Of a DNA stretch of 64,000 bases, positions 12,372 to 25,109 are shown piece by piece. The stretch is from the NCBI RefSeq assembly GCF_006345805.1, contig NC_043024.1, positions 17,360,001 through 17,424,000 of the forward strand, given 5' to 3'. Both the position numbers and the translations under genes were made by a program. The notes below the pieces were generated by a model. It did not search any database. It saw nothing but the letters and a program-made list of their open reading frames with translations, and was not told the origin of the DNA. The stretch is from Octopus sinensis. Its lineage: Eukaryota. The first letter of the stretch is position 1. Every line of letters begins with the position of its first letter.

Positions 12372-12550
12372 GATCTGGTATATAAAGCAGTATTTCTCCT
12401 GTTGTTACATTCTAAGTTGAAATTCTGCTGAGGTTAACGTTGCCATTAATCCTTGATGAATTAAGTACCAGTTAAACACTGAGGTCAATGTAATCGATTA
12501 GTCCCCACCCTCAAAATTTCAGGCCATGTGCCTTTAATAGAAAAGATTAT
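12372..12550 (+). mobile_element. SINE family A (degenerate)
   Basis: ttaagtaccagtt..acactgaggtcaatgtaatcgattagtcccc...aaaatttcaggcc tail. Confidence 0.7.
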
Positions 12551-13740
12551 TAATAATATTAATATGCCAATTTGTTTTATCGTATGTACCTGACGTGTGT
12601 GTCACACTTAAGAGAAAGAAATTGTTGAAAGAAATTTGGTTGCTTTAATAAAAATTTTAAACTAGATCTCTTGTGATTTCTGGAAGAGATTTGAAACCAC
12701 CACCTATGTGGTATTTCTCAACTCCTATGCCTACCGGGCTACTGAAGCAGCAACAATCTTGATGAGATAATTAAGATACTTAAATTTGATGCATGTGTTG
12801 AATAAAAGAGAGAGAGAGTGAGAGGTTATGGCTGATAGGTATTTGAATTTCTTTCTACAATTGAATGGAAATTGACTCCTGGCTATTAAAGGCCCAACCA
12901 CGCACACACACAGTTTTAGGTCTTCTACCCATTTGAATTTGGCCATATACCAGATAAGATGTTAAGTCTTATGTTCCGAAATTTAAATTTTGAATTTGTT
13001 TTAATTATAAAATTACACCTCAGCTAAAATGCATCTTTTGGCTTTCGAATACAACCATTTCTTTCTCTTTCTATATTTTTTGTTGAGTTACAATTTCTCT
13101 GTTTTGGTCAGAATTTTTCCAATTTCTATTTAAGAAAAAAAAATTAAATTCATAGAGCCAAACAAGATCAAAAATATTAATTCTATTTTCCACTTTCATT
13201 AATACTAACAGGAGTGTAGTATGAGAGATATTTGGCTGTTATTTCTAGCAAATTGAACAGTTCAATTGGCTCATTTGTTGATGTGAAAAAGTAAACAAAA
13301 ACTAAAAGACACACACACACATATATATGAATGTATGTGTGTGTATGTTTATGTGTGTGATAATAAGTGTTGTGTGGTGGAAATAAACACAACTTCTTCC
13401 AATATATTTATCAAGTTAGAATTTCTCTGTTTTGGTCATAATTTTTCCAATTTCTTTTTTCTTGTATCAAGCAATTGATGAAAGCATTTTTAAAAAATGA
13501 AATTCATTGAGCCGAACAAAATCAAAAATATTTATTCTATTTTTTCCCTTTACTTTTTACTTTACCACAATATAACTAATTACCATATCCTATACACTGT
13601 ATCCTTCTACATTAGGTGAGAATTTCAGAAATATTTTCATTTTTCAAACAAAAACTGTTCAATACATTCATATATGTTTTTCAGTTGAAACACTCTGACT
13701 CACTTTGGAGATTTATTGTTTTAATAGCAAGTTTTGAAAT

Positions 13741-14130
13741 ATGGATAATTGCATGAAGGACGCAGCATGAAAGCCTCAGAGTCGAAGGAGAGAAAGGTTG
13801 TGTGTGGAAATAAGAAATCAAGATTACATGAGAATGAGACAAAGAAACGAAATAAGGCAAGAGGAGAGGGAGCAGATGCTATGGCATAGGAGGAGGGAAA
13901 GAAATCAGCAAAGGATAGAACAAATGAGCCAGGACCCAAGAGAAGTGTATTTTGAAAATAAAAGAGATAGAGATCAACAGAATCGAGGACACATGAGTCA
14001 AGAGCAAAAGCAGCTGTACTTAGAAAATATGAGAAACAGAGCTGGGTCTCTCTCGGCATACCATCAAACCACAAAATCGCACCAACCAGCATCACCACCA
14101 CCTCTAAGCCTGTCATGTCCATACCTACTT
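13741..14130 (+). pseudogene. Decayed coiled-coil R/E/Q-rich ORF resembling the N-terminal repeats of Helitron Rep-Hel proteins
   Basis: ATG 13741: MDNCMKDAA*KPQSRRRERLCVEIRNQDYMRMRQRNE...MSQDPREVYFENKRDRDQQNRGHMSQEQKQLYLENMRNR. One in-frame TGA (probable CGA decay); cut off by a SINE at 14142. Helitron assignment is an inference from composition and periodicity. Confidence 0.5.
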
Positions 14131-14141
14131 ATATATTTACT

Positions 14142-14350
14142 CTTTTACTTGTTTCAGTCATTTGACTGTGGCCATGCTGGAGCACCGTCTTTAGTTGAGC
14201 AAATTGACCCCAGGACTCATTCTTTGTAAGCCTAGTACTTATTCTATCGGTCTCTTTTGCAGAACCGCTAAGTTACGGGGACGTAACACACTAGCATTGG
14301 TTGTCAAGCAATGTTGGGGGGACAAACACAGACACACAAACACACCCACA

Positions 14351-14422
<72 letters not shown>

Positions 14423-14582
14423 GAATGCTTCTTTTCAGTTTCTGTCTAACAAATCCACTCCAAGGCTTTGGTCAGCCCGAGGCTATAGTAGAAGACACTT
14501 GCCAAGGTGTCACACAGTGCGACTGAAACCAGAACCATGTAGTTGGTAAGCAAGCTACTTACCAAATAGCCACTCCTGCGTC
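14142..14582 (-). mobile_element. Full-length SINE family B with internal (TA)n expansion
   Basis: Reverse complement head g.cgcaggagtggct..ttggtaagtagcttgc; tail gcatggccacagtcaaatgactgaaacaagtaaaag. Confidence 0.9.
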
Positions 14583-14649
14583 TCCACACAGCCACTATAT
14601 ATACATGTATATATGTATGTGTGTATATATGTATATATTTATGTGTGTG

Positions 14650-14845
14650 TGTTTGTCCTACTACCACCATCATTGCTTGACAACCAATGTTGGTGTGTTT
14701 GCATCCCCATAACTTAGCTGTTCAGCAGAAGAGACTGATAGAATAAGCACCAAGCTTACAGCACCAGGAGTCAGTTTCTTCGAATAAAGGGTGGTGCTCC
14801 AGCATGGCTACTGTCAAGTGATTGAAACAAGTAAAAGAATAAAAG
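14650..14845 (+). mobile_element. SINE family B 3' half, inverted relative to 14142-14582
   Basis: ttgcttgacaacc...taacttagctgttc.gca.aagagactgatagaataag...gctccagcatggc...gaaacaagtaaaag. Confidence 0.85.
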
Positions 14846-15195
14846 ACTGCCAGAAGAACATTCTGTACCACTAAACCAATAGGGTTCTCTGACTATGTAC
14901 GATGTATTCTAAGGTTAAATAGTAATTTCGTTTACGTTTGTGTAACTGAGATATTTTGGTTGGATTATATAGTTATCAGTTTTACATTTCTTTCTATATT
15001 CTGCAACTGTCACAATATGGAAACACTTCTCATGACACCAACACACAATTTACAGATGCCTACATTTTTTTGCGTTTATCAATTTATTTTTAATGTGTCC
15101 AGCTAGTTATTATTTATTTTTATTATTGTTATTATTATAATTTCTATTATTATTATTATTATTATTATTATTATCATCATCATTATTATTATTAT

Positions 15196-15362
15196 GGTGG
15201 TGAGCTTGCAGAATCGTTAGCAGGCTGGGCAAAATGCGTAGCGACATTTTGTCTGTCTTGGTGTTCTGAGTTCAAATTCCTCTGAGGTTGACTTTGCTTT
15301 TCATCCACTCAAGGTCGATAAAATAAGTACTAGTTGAGTACTGGGATCGATATAATTGATAA
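15196..15362 (+). mobile_element. SINE family A
   Basis: ggtggtgagcttgcagaatcg head, gagttcaaattcc B-box, core box. Confidence 0.85.
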
Positions 15363-15624
15363 AGCAGCTGGAAAAGATGTTTTCCTGGGGTTAAAAAGTA
15401 GTAAGACAATCTTATTCAGGACTGCCACATTGTGTTGGAAAATAAACTTTACTATTATTGTTATTATTATTATTATGATTATTATATTATTATATTATTA
15501 TTTTATTATATTATCATTATTATTATCATTATTATTATATTATTATGGTCATTATTATTCTATTATTATTATTATATCATATTATTATTATTATTATTAT
15601 TATTATTATCATCATCATATATAT

Positions 15625-15995
15625 TGAAGACGCATGGCTCAGTGGTTATAGTGTCGAGCTTATGATTGAAAGGTTGTGAGTTCAATTCCTGGACCAGGCT
15701 ACATGTTGTGTTCTTGAGCAAGACACCTTATTTCACATTGCTCCAATTCACTCATCTGTTGAAATGATTTATGACATCACTGGCACCAAGCTGTATCAGC
15801 CTTTGCCTTTCCTTTGAATAACATCGGTGGCATAGAGAGGGGAGGCTGGTATGCATGGTCAACTGCTGGTCATCTATAAAAACAACCCTAGGCTGTGTGT
15901 TTGCCGGTGAGGTGACTTTCTACTGAGGCTTGTACACTGGAGAGAAACCTCTTAGATGCACCCATGGTCATTTGTGACCGACAGAGTCGAGTTTT
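15625..15995 (+). mobile_element. tRNA-derived SINE, family C (CORE-like gttcttgagcaagacac box)
   Basis: A-box tggctcagtgg, B-box gagttcaattcc. Homologues on the minus strand at 37220-37560 and 41228-41560. Confidence 0.85.
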
Positions 15996-16007
15996 TTATC
16001 ATATAAT

Positions 16008-16355
16008 TCTACTGAGGCTGGCTTTGCCTTTTATCCTTTCGGGGTCAATAAACTAAGTTCCACTAAAACACTGGTGGGGTCAGTGTAATCAGTTAGTCAT
16101 AGCTCCCAAAATTCTAGGTCTTGTGCCTTTACTAGAAAGGGTTATTAAGAAGACAGTGAGCTAGCAGAACCATTTGAGTCTCAGACACAACACTTCCTGG
16201 AATTTCTTTACATTCTGACCTCAAGTCCCACCAAGGTCAAGCTTGTTTTTCTATCCTTTTGGGTTGATAAAATGAAGTACCAGTTACATACACGTGTCAA
16301 TATTATCAACTAGTCTTCTCTTTCTAAAACTGCTAGCCTTGTGACAATATTAGCA
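16008..16355 (+). mobile_element. Two consecutive degenerate SINE family A copies
   Basis: ctttgccttttatcctttcggggtcaataaa (16022) and ctatccttttgggttgataaaatgaagtaccag (16251). Confidence 0.7.
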
Positions 16356-17088
16356 TTATTAAGAAGTTTATTAACTTTGAGATAATAAAATTATGACCAA
16401 TCAGGAACTGGGGTCAGCTTAATTGACTGTGATCCTTTCCCAAAAGTTCATGTGGGTGAGAGTTTCCTAATGTAAAATCAAAAACATTATTTGAATAATG
16501 ATTAAGTTGTGGACTGAAATACTTGGTTGAGAACCCAAGTATTGGTCTCAGGCAGTTGTGTGTGTGAGGGAGAGAGAGAGAGAGAATATGAACCGAAGAC
16601 CCTTTCTTTACATTGTCTGTCCAATTACACATTCAATACAACCAAAGTCGATTATGTATTTGTGTTGAAGTGTGTGATGTCTTTATTTCTAAATTGATTG
16701 AAACCATAAAAGAAATGTTGGTAAAGCCCAAACAAATGCGTTTTGGCTTGATTCCATTTCTCAGTCGACAGGAGAATGAGCAAAGATATGGGATATTGGA
16801 GAGAGATAGGATATGAGGGCTAAGAGAAAGAGAGACAGACAGACAGAGATAGGTATATATAATATATATATATATATATACCTATGTATATATATATACA
16901 TACATACATATATATATATATTATATATATATATAAAGAGAGAGAGATAGAGAGGTGGAGGAGAGTGCGAGTGACAGAGATAAATGGAAATAGGAGATGA
17001 AGAGAAAACCCATAAATGGTGTAAGAGTAACAGAGGAATGTATGTGTGTGTGTTTATCTATATCTATATATATATATATATATATATG

Positions 17089-17130
<42 letters not shown>

Positions 17131-17178
17131 CATATCTCTATATATATCTGTGTATATCTATATATATATATATGTATA

Positions 17179-17210
<32 letters not shown>

Positions 17211-17334
17211 CTATCTATATATATATATATGTCATATATGTATATATATATTCTATATATATATCTTATCTATATCTATATATCTATCGAGAGAGAGAGC
17301 GAGAGAGAGCAAGCGAGAGAGAGAGAAAATGAAA

Positions 17335-17470
17335 GGATACAGAGGAAGATGAAGAAGATGGAAGCCTATAAAATAACAATCGATCAAATTATTCGGAATG
17401 CCATTCCACATAATTACCCAACGTTTCATAAAGTTAACTTGCCGAAAATTATTTGGGATGCTAACCCCCA
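17335..17470 (-). mobile_element. Possible CR1/L2-type LINE 3' coding end
   Basis: Minus ORF ...[23 protein letters not shown] resembles the FF.NRVV..WN.LP C-terminal motif of CR1/L2 reverse transcriptases. Confidence 0.45.
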
Positions 17471-17896
17471 ATTATTATTATTATTATTATTATTATTCAG
17501 TCCAATATGTTTTTCATTTTAACAGATGTATCAGTCAATTTGATAGACAGCCATGAAATGTTCTCCCACCACTACTACCACTGCCACCACCATCCGTTAC
17601 CATCATATTGAATTGTTAAATGATCCTTGCTCAACTTCGTAGATTTTTATGCAAATAACCTGAATTTTTGCAGTGACACCTTAGAAAATGAAGCTGAGCA
17701 TGTAAGGAATTGTTGGGGTTTCCTCAGTTGCAGTAAGAAGCCATCAGTTGTCAGAAGACCAATTCCTGCTCAGAAGAATGTACTGGGTGCACTTTCTTGT
17801 GACACCATCATGAGATGGGGTGCCATGTCCTGGAGGTGTGTCAGGAAAAATACTAGGACTGGTTTAGAAAATACGGAAATTGTTAACTCTTTTGTC

Positions 17897-18305
17897 TTTT
17901 ACTTGCTTCAGTCATTTGACTGTGGCCATGCTGGAGCATTGCCTTGAAGAATGTTTAGTTGAAGGAATCGAAACACTTTGTTATGGGCATGTAAATACAT
18001 CAACACCGGTTGTGTCAAGTGGTGGTGGGCTACAAACATGCACAAAGACACACACACATATATATATATATATATGTATATGTATATGTATATGTGTGTA
18101 TATATATAGATATATATATATATATACACACGTGTGTATATAAATATATGCATATATGATGGGCTTCTTCGAGTTTCCATCTACCAAATCCACTTACAAG
18201 GCTTTGGTCAGCCCAAGGTTATAGTAGAAGACACTTGCTCAAGGAACCACATAGTGGGACTGAACCCAGAACCATGTGGTAAAGAAGCAAGCTTCTTTAA
18301 CATAC
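17897..18305 (-). mobile_element. SINE family B
   Basis: ttcgagtttccatctaccaaatccacttacaaggctttggtcagccc...gaagacacttg...gggactgaacccagaaccatgtgg. Confidence 0.85.
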
Positions 18306-18697
18306 TGACCTAAAATCAATACAATTACAAGAATTTGATATTTTGGATAAACTCCTTTAAAAGAGTGCTGACAGTCTCCGGTTTGTCCAGGAATGGGGAT
18401 ATCCTCAGAATAGTTCCATCCAAAATATCCAGGCGATGCTTCTAGTTGAGCTTTGAAAATCATCATCATCATCAATCATTATCATTCATCCCCAATCATC
18501 ATCAATCATCACCAATCATCATCATCAGTCATCATCACTCATCACCAATCATCATCAGTCATCGTCATCAACATTTAACATGTATTTTCCATAATGGCAT
18601 AAGTTAGTTTGAGTGGAACTGGTAAACTGGAGAGATGCAGCAGGCCCCAGTGTGTTTTGGCTTGATTTCTATGACTGGATCCCCTTCCTAATGCCAG

Positions 18698-18987
<290 letters not shown>

Positions 18988-19001
18988 CTATACATATACA
19001 A

Positions 19002-19290
19002 TATAAGAGGGATGACTACTCCTGGATATCCATTATGCTAGAAGTAGATCCACTATGGTCTTACCTCTAAGAAAGGAATGTTCTCAAGAAAATTTAGCAA
19101 ACGTCAGAATGTAAGCGAGCAAGACAAATGAAAAGAAACAAAATATAGATTAATGACAAACCAGTTTCGCTATTAACACTTATGCAAATTACTTACGTAA
19201 TTGTCTGAAGCTTTCCTTTCTTTGTGGTAAGACTATAGCAGATCTACTTCTAGCATAATGAATTTCCACGTAGTGGTCATCCCTCTTATA
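19002..19290. mobile_element. TA-flanked MITE with ~80-bp imperfect TIRs
   Basis: Left tataagagggatgac.act...cattatgctagaagtagatc matches the reverse complement of 19212-19290. Confidence 0.8.
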
Positions 19291-19393
19291 TGTATGTAAT
19301 ATAATTTTTCTGAATCTTCAGATTTTAATATGCTAGACTACTGGTTTTAAATTGATATTAATCAAATTAACATTCAATCTTTCACACCCATAT

Positions 19394-19448
<55 letters not shown>

Positions 19449-19476
19449 GTGTGTGTGTGTATACACATACATACAT

Positions 19477-19511
<35 letters not shown>

Positions 19512-19789
19512 TAGAGAGAGAGAGAGAGTATTTTATTTATTCCAGTCATTGAACTATGGCCATGCTGGAATTGTGACTAGAAGTGTCTTTAATCAATCAC
19601 TAAGCAGTAATGTTCTGAAGGAGATATACAAAACATCATCATTTAACATAATTTTTTCCACACTGGCATGGTTTGGATAATTTGACAGGGTCCAGTGAGC
19701 TGCAGGACTGTATCAAACGGCAATGCTTTCTGTGGCTTGGTTTCTATAGCTGGATGCTCTTCCTAATGCCAACACATAAACACATACAT

Positions 19790-20951
19790 ATGGTTACTCT
19801 ATCCAGATTACAAGTTCTACTTAGAATTACTGCTTTCTACTCGTATTCGTTTGTCTTATACAGATGCTAAAGTGCACTAAGGTGTTATAATAGAGGCAAT
19901 TGGATGCAGATCAGTGATCAGGTTCTTATACTTGAAAGGTTGTACACCGAAAGAGACTTTTGATGAGATGAAAGAAGTTTATGGTGACGATGCACCATCA
20001 TATGACATAGTCAAGCACTGGCATCACCAGTTCAAATGTGGTTGGACATTGGTGGAAACTGTTCCTATTCCTGGACAACCACATTCCACTTTTGTTGACA
20101 ACACCATATATAGTGGAAGCCACCATTTTTGAGGATCACCATATAAGTATTTGGCAAGTAGCCCAAGAAATGAAGACAAGTGTAAGGTCCATCGAAAAAC
20201 TCAGTCGCAATCATTTTCAGAAACAGGAACAAGTCAGTTGCTCCCAGGCTCTTTCGGCAATGTGCCAAGAAAATAATGAGAACTTTTTCAGCAGACTTAT
20301 CACACAGGGTGATACATAGATCTATCACTAAGCTCTTGAGATGCAATAGAAGCATGATAAGTCAACACCTCCAAAGAAGGCTTGTGCTCAACCCTCTGCA
20401 GGCAAGGTAATGCTTACAGTATTTTGGGACCAGTGCAGAGTAGTAACAATGGATTTTCTGGCAAAGGGCACCACAATTAAAGGGGGCATATTATGCTTCA
20501 CTGCTGCAGAAATTGCAGGACACCATCAAAGCAGAGAGGTGTGGCATGCTGACCACAGGAGTTTGCCTCCTCGAAGAGGACTGTCCCAGTTCACTATGCA
20601 CATATTGCCCAGATGAAAGCAAACTCCTGCAGTTATGAAATCCTTCCTTCATCCCCCTTACTCTCCTGAACTTGCACCATCTGACTTCCATCACTTTCCA
20701 ACCATGAATTCTTGTTTTGAAGGAGAAGCGCTTTGCAGATGATGATGAACTTATTTCGGAGGTTAAGTCTTGGCTTCAGACGCAACCTACTAACTTCTAC
20801 AGACGAGGTCTTCACAGCTACTTAAAGCAATGGGGGAAATGTGTCACCATCGGTGGGGGTTATGTAGAGGAGGACTAATAATTATGCCAAGTTTCGTTTA
20901 TCCCAGTCCGTGGGGAGTGGGTCTGGGAAAATCTTTTATGAACACCCCTCA
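19790..20951 (+). mobile_element. Decayed mariner (DD34D) transposon
   Basis: HTH IRFLYLKGCTPKETFDEMKEVYGDDAPSYDIVKHW; LITQGDT*IYH; SAGKVMLTVFWD; HPPYSPELAPSDFH. Right TIR aaaatcttttatgaacacccctca|ta. Confidence 0.9.
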
Positions 20952-21753
20952 TATAAACATAAGTATATACATACATATATAAGTATATGATACAGACAGG
21001 CAATTAGACAACAAATGTGCGTGTATGAGTTTGTGTATGTCATGTTAAACAGGTTTATGTCTTAGCAGACGTGTATGTATGTGTGGTAGTCTGTGTACAA
21101 TTTGGTTCAATCCTGCTCCTCAGCAGAGGTGGAGGAATTGGTGACGATACTGACAGGGGTTGTGTTGTTGGTATTGGTGGTTCTAATCCTAATAATGGTG
21201 TCGGTGTTGATGCTGTCAGACTGGGCAGCTGTAAATTCCATAAATCAGTTTTGATTGTCAATTACTAGACACATGGAGTAACTTGTTTACATTTAATAAC
21301 ATATGATGGTTTCTGCAAGAGCAAAGTCTGGTACCACCACCACTACCACCATAACTGCCACTACTACAACCACCACCACTACTACTACTACCACTATTAC
21401 TACTGCCACCACCTCCACGACTGTCATCATTTCTGCCACCACCACCATCACTGGAACTTCCACCATGCACACCACAACTGTTACCACGACCATTCTCACC
21501 ATCACCACATCATCTTCTCTATCAACACCATCACTAGAATCACGAAACACTGGCTGGCATCACACCAGACGGTCAGGAGTCTTTAATCAGAATTTCAAAA
21601 ATGATTCTTTCTTTTCTGTCGGTTCACTGGTCTGTGTTATTTTTTGTCGTTTGTTTTGTAGTTGTTGTTGCAGTGTTATAGTTTTTTGCATTTTTTTTAT
21701 GACTTTTTCTTTTTCTATTTGTGTGCATGTGAAAGTATATTTGCAATGTGTGT

Positions 21754-21834
<81 letters not shown>

Positions 21835-21894
21835 TATATATAATATATATATATGTGTGTGTGTGGTGGGTATAGTATATGTGTATATATGTAT

Positions 21895-22372
21895 ATCAGA
21901 TGTATTGACTGATATGGGGAGAGATAGGAGCACTAAAAGACTACAAATGTTTTATGTGAGTGTGTATGTGTATATACTCACATACATATACATGCATAAA
22001 TACACAGATATATATATGCATGTGTGTGTGTGTGTGTGTGTGTAGTATATATATATATATATTGTGTGTATATATATATGTATATATATATATATATGTA
22101 CATGTATATATACATATATATATACACACATGCATATATATACATGTATATATATATATATACATGCATATATATATATACATGTATATATATATAAATA
22201 TATACATGTATATATATATATGTATATATTATATGTATATATATATATACATGTATATATATATACATGTATATATATATATATATATATACATGTAATA
22301 TATTATGTATATATATATACATGATATATATATACATGTTATATATATATCATGTATATATTTATATTATAT

Positions 22373-22462
<90 letters not shown>

Positions 22463-22693
22463 ATATATATATATAATATATATATATATATACATGTATA
22501 ATATTTATATATATATATATATATATAATATATATATATATATGTACCTATAGATACACACACACATGCATATATATATCTGTGTATTTATGCATGTATA
22601 TGTATGTGAGTATATACACATACACACTCACATAAAACCATTTGTAGTCTTTTAGTGCTCCTACCTCTCCCCATATCAGTCAATACATCTGAT
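21895..22693. repeat. Near-perfect ~140-bp inverted duplication (21895-22032 / 22555-22693) around a ~520-bp self-complementary TA/TACATGTA tract
   Basis: atcagatgtattgactgatatggggagag.taggagcactaaaagactacaaatg... matches its reverse complement with about 1 substitution and 1 indel. Confidence 0.9.
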
Positions 22694-22782
22694 GTGGCTG
22701 CCTCCTCCCTCTGCAACCATTAAAAAATCAAACACTATTGATAAATTCTTCTCCCACAGCTTCACATTTGGTCAATATATTG

Positions 22783-22930
22783 CCTATTGTACTTTAGCTG
22801 ACCACTGCACTTTTAGTGGCTTCTGTACTTTTTAGCTAACTAATGTACTTTAACTGATCGTTGTAATTTAATTCAGCATTGTACTTTAATTGACCACTAC
22901 TTTAGCTGACCATTGTACCTCAACTAATCA
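22783..22930. repeat. Degenerate ~20-bp minisatellite (attgtactttagctgaccac), ~7 copies
   Basis: Repeated tgtacttta.ctgacc motifs. Confidence 0.7.
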
Positions 22931-22944
22931 GTGCTAGAAATATT

Positions 22945-23155
22945 GACTTCAAATTTTAGCACAAGGCCAGCAGTTTTAGGAGAGGGACTCAGTCAATTTC
23001 TTTGACCCCAGTGTCCAACTGGTACCTATTTTATCTATCCTGAAAGAATGAGATGCTAAGATGAACTCAGCAGAATTTGAACTCAGAACGTAGAGATGGA
23101 CGAAAAGTGACTAAGCATTTTATCTGGTGTACTAACTTTTCTGCCAGCTCACAAC
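22945..23155 (-). mobile_element. SINE family A
   Basis: gcagaatttgaactcagaacgt (B-box reverse complement), tgccagctcac. Confidence 0.8.
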
Positions 23156-23622
23156 CCAAGTACTAGAAATATATTAAAGTGCTTTCATCTACACAACACA
23201 GCCAGCCAATTTCCTTGGCTGGTTCTTTGTAGTCTTGGATCACTTCTTCCCTGTAGTGAGATAGTGTGAGCAGAGTTTGGCAATGAACACATTAATATCA
23301 CATCTTCAGAGACTAAAAACATAACACAGTAAACCATACTCATAGTTTATTAACCCTTTAGTATTTAAACTGACCATATTCAGCCCAAATATTCTGCCTC
23401 TTTTATGTTCAAACTGGTCAGATCCCACATCTCACACCTACCCTACAATGTCATTCTAAAAATAAACAATCAGGCACAGACATGGCTGTGTGGTAAGAAG
23501 CTTGCTTCCCAACCACTTTTTTCTGGGTTTAGTCCTGCTGCATTGCCCCTTGGGTGATAAGTATGTATCTATTTGCTTGTGTCATTTGTATACACACACA
23601 TATATACATATGTGTGTGTGTG

Positions 23623-23696
<74 letters not shown>

Positions 23697-23738
23697 GATA
23701 AAGATATATTTGTTTGTGTCATTTGTATATATATATAA

Positions 23739-24108
23739 CTAGCAGTATCGCCCGGCGTTGCTCAGGTTTGTAAGGGAAATAACTATAAAGCATTTTTAGA
23801 GTTATAGCCAAAAAATAGCAAAAAAATGGAAAAAAAAATTTTGAGAGTTAAAAAAGGTCGAGTTGCGTCCCCTAGACAGTCTGTGGTTTGTGTTTCTGAT
23901 TCTCGACCCCATGTCGAATTTATCGATTTTTTTCAGAACTGGGGGAACTTTTCAAAATTTTCGCTGCGTTAGTTTTGAATTATGACATTGGGCTATGTGT
24001 GTGTCAAGTTTCATCAGAATCGGTTGAAAGCCGTGCTCAGGGTGAGGGTACAACCAAACAGACACACAGAAACACACACAGACAAACTGCCGTTTATATA
24101 TAGAGAGA
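23739..24108 (-). mobile_element. Complete non-autonomous Helitron (370 bp)
   Basis: Minus strand begins A|TCTCTCTATATATAAAC (24108) and ends with hairpin CCTGAGCAACGCCGGG ...CTAG|T (23739): A^T target, no TSD. Confidence 0.85.
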
Positions 24109-24321
24109 TTTCAATATGAAGCAAATAATTCACAAGAAAAAATAATTTGCAAAGATATCATTGACTCTATTATTATCTAGTGTAACAATTTAAAAATGAT
24201 AATAACAGAATAAATAATATAGATGATTGCAGGCCCCCAAAAAGTATTAAATAGCTATATAAATAGTTATGTGTGTATATATATATATTTGTTTGTGTCA
24301 TTCTAAAAGTAAACAATCAGG

Positions 24322-24650
24322 TACAGGTGTGGCTGTGTGGTGAGAGGCTTCCTTCCCAACCACACGTCTCCTGGTTCAGAACCATTGTGTGACACCTTGG
24401 ACAAGTGTCTTCTACTATAGCCTTTGGCCGACCAAAGCTTTATGAGTGGATTTTGTAGACAGAAATGAAAGGAACCCATCATATTCACATATATATATGT
24501 ATATATCTGTCTGTTTGTCTGTGTTTGTTCCCCATAACTGCTTGACAACCAGTGTGATGTGTTTATGTCCCTGTAACTTAGCAATTCAGCAAAGGGACCA
24601 ATAAAATAAGCACTAGTCTTAAAAAATAAATCTTGGTGTCAATTTTTTCA
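24322..24650 (+). mobile_element. SINE family B
   Basis: ggtgtggctgtgtgg head; accttggacaagtgtcttctactatagcc. Confidence 0.8.
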
Positions 24651-25109
24651 ACTATAGGCACAGGAGTGGCTGTATGATAAGTAGCACTACCCATGGGCAG
24701 CTCACAGCCTGGTCGGGGACACACCAGCTCCTGTTAAACCATCTGATCCATGCTAGCATGGAAAATGGATGATAAATGATGATGATGAGGATGATGGTGG
24801 TGGTGGTTATGTTAAAAGATAGAGCTTCTTCCTGAGTCATACCAACTCATGGGACCTGTCTCCTGGATTCTCTGGTGCATATACTAACCGCCACCACCAC
24901 CCCACCACCCTGACCACCACCATGGATGGATGCGATCCTGGTCCGTTGCATGCTTATGCATTTTTGCCAGCTGAGTGAACTGGAGTAACATGAAACGAAA
25001 TGCTTTCCCTCATGAACACCAACACATTGGCCAGTCCAGGAATGGAACCCCCCCCCAATGTGGAGTCCAGCACCCTAACCACTAAACCACTCCACATATA
25101 ACCAACCTC

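Noticed and set aside
15625-15700. tRNA-like heads with A and B boxes (also 33165, 36713, 61400)
   Set aside because: They continue into SINE bodies and lack a complete cloverleaf, so they are not tRNA genes.
17627-17947. 106-aa + strand ORF in unique-looking DNA
   Set aside because: Starts with TTG, runs into a SINE, no recognisable motif and no good donor site.
18370-18415. Minus-strand CTGAGGA-TATCC...GGACA hairpin
   Set aside because: GAAA is missing in register and there is no stem III.
21303-21875. 190-aa Thr-rich mucin-like ORF
   Set aside because: Made of (ACC/ACT)n and (TA)n microsatellites running into YIYI repeats; no credible splice context.
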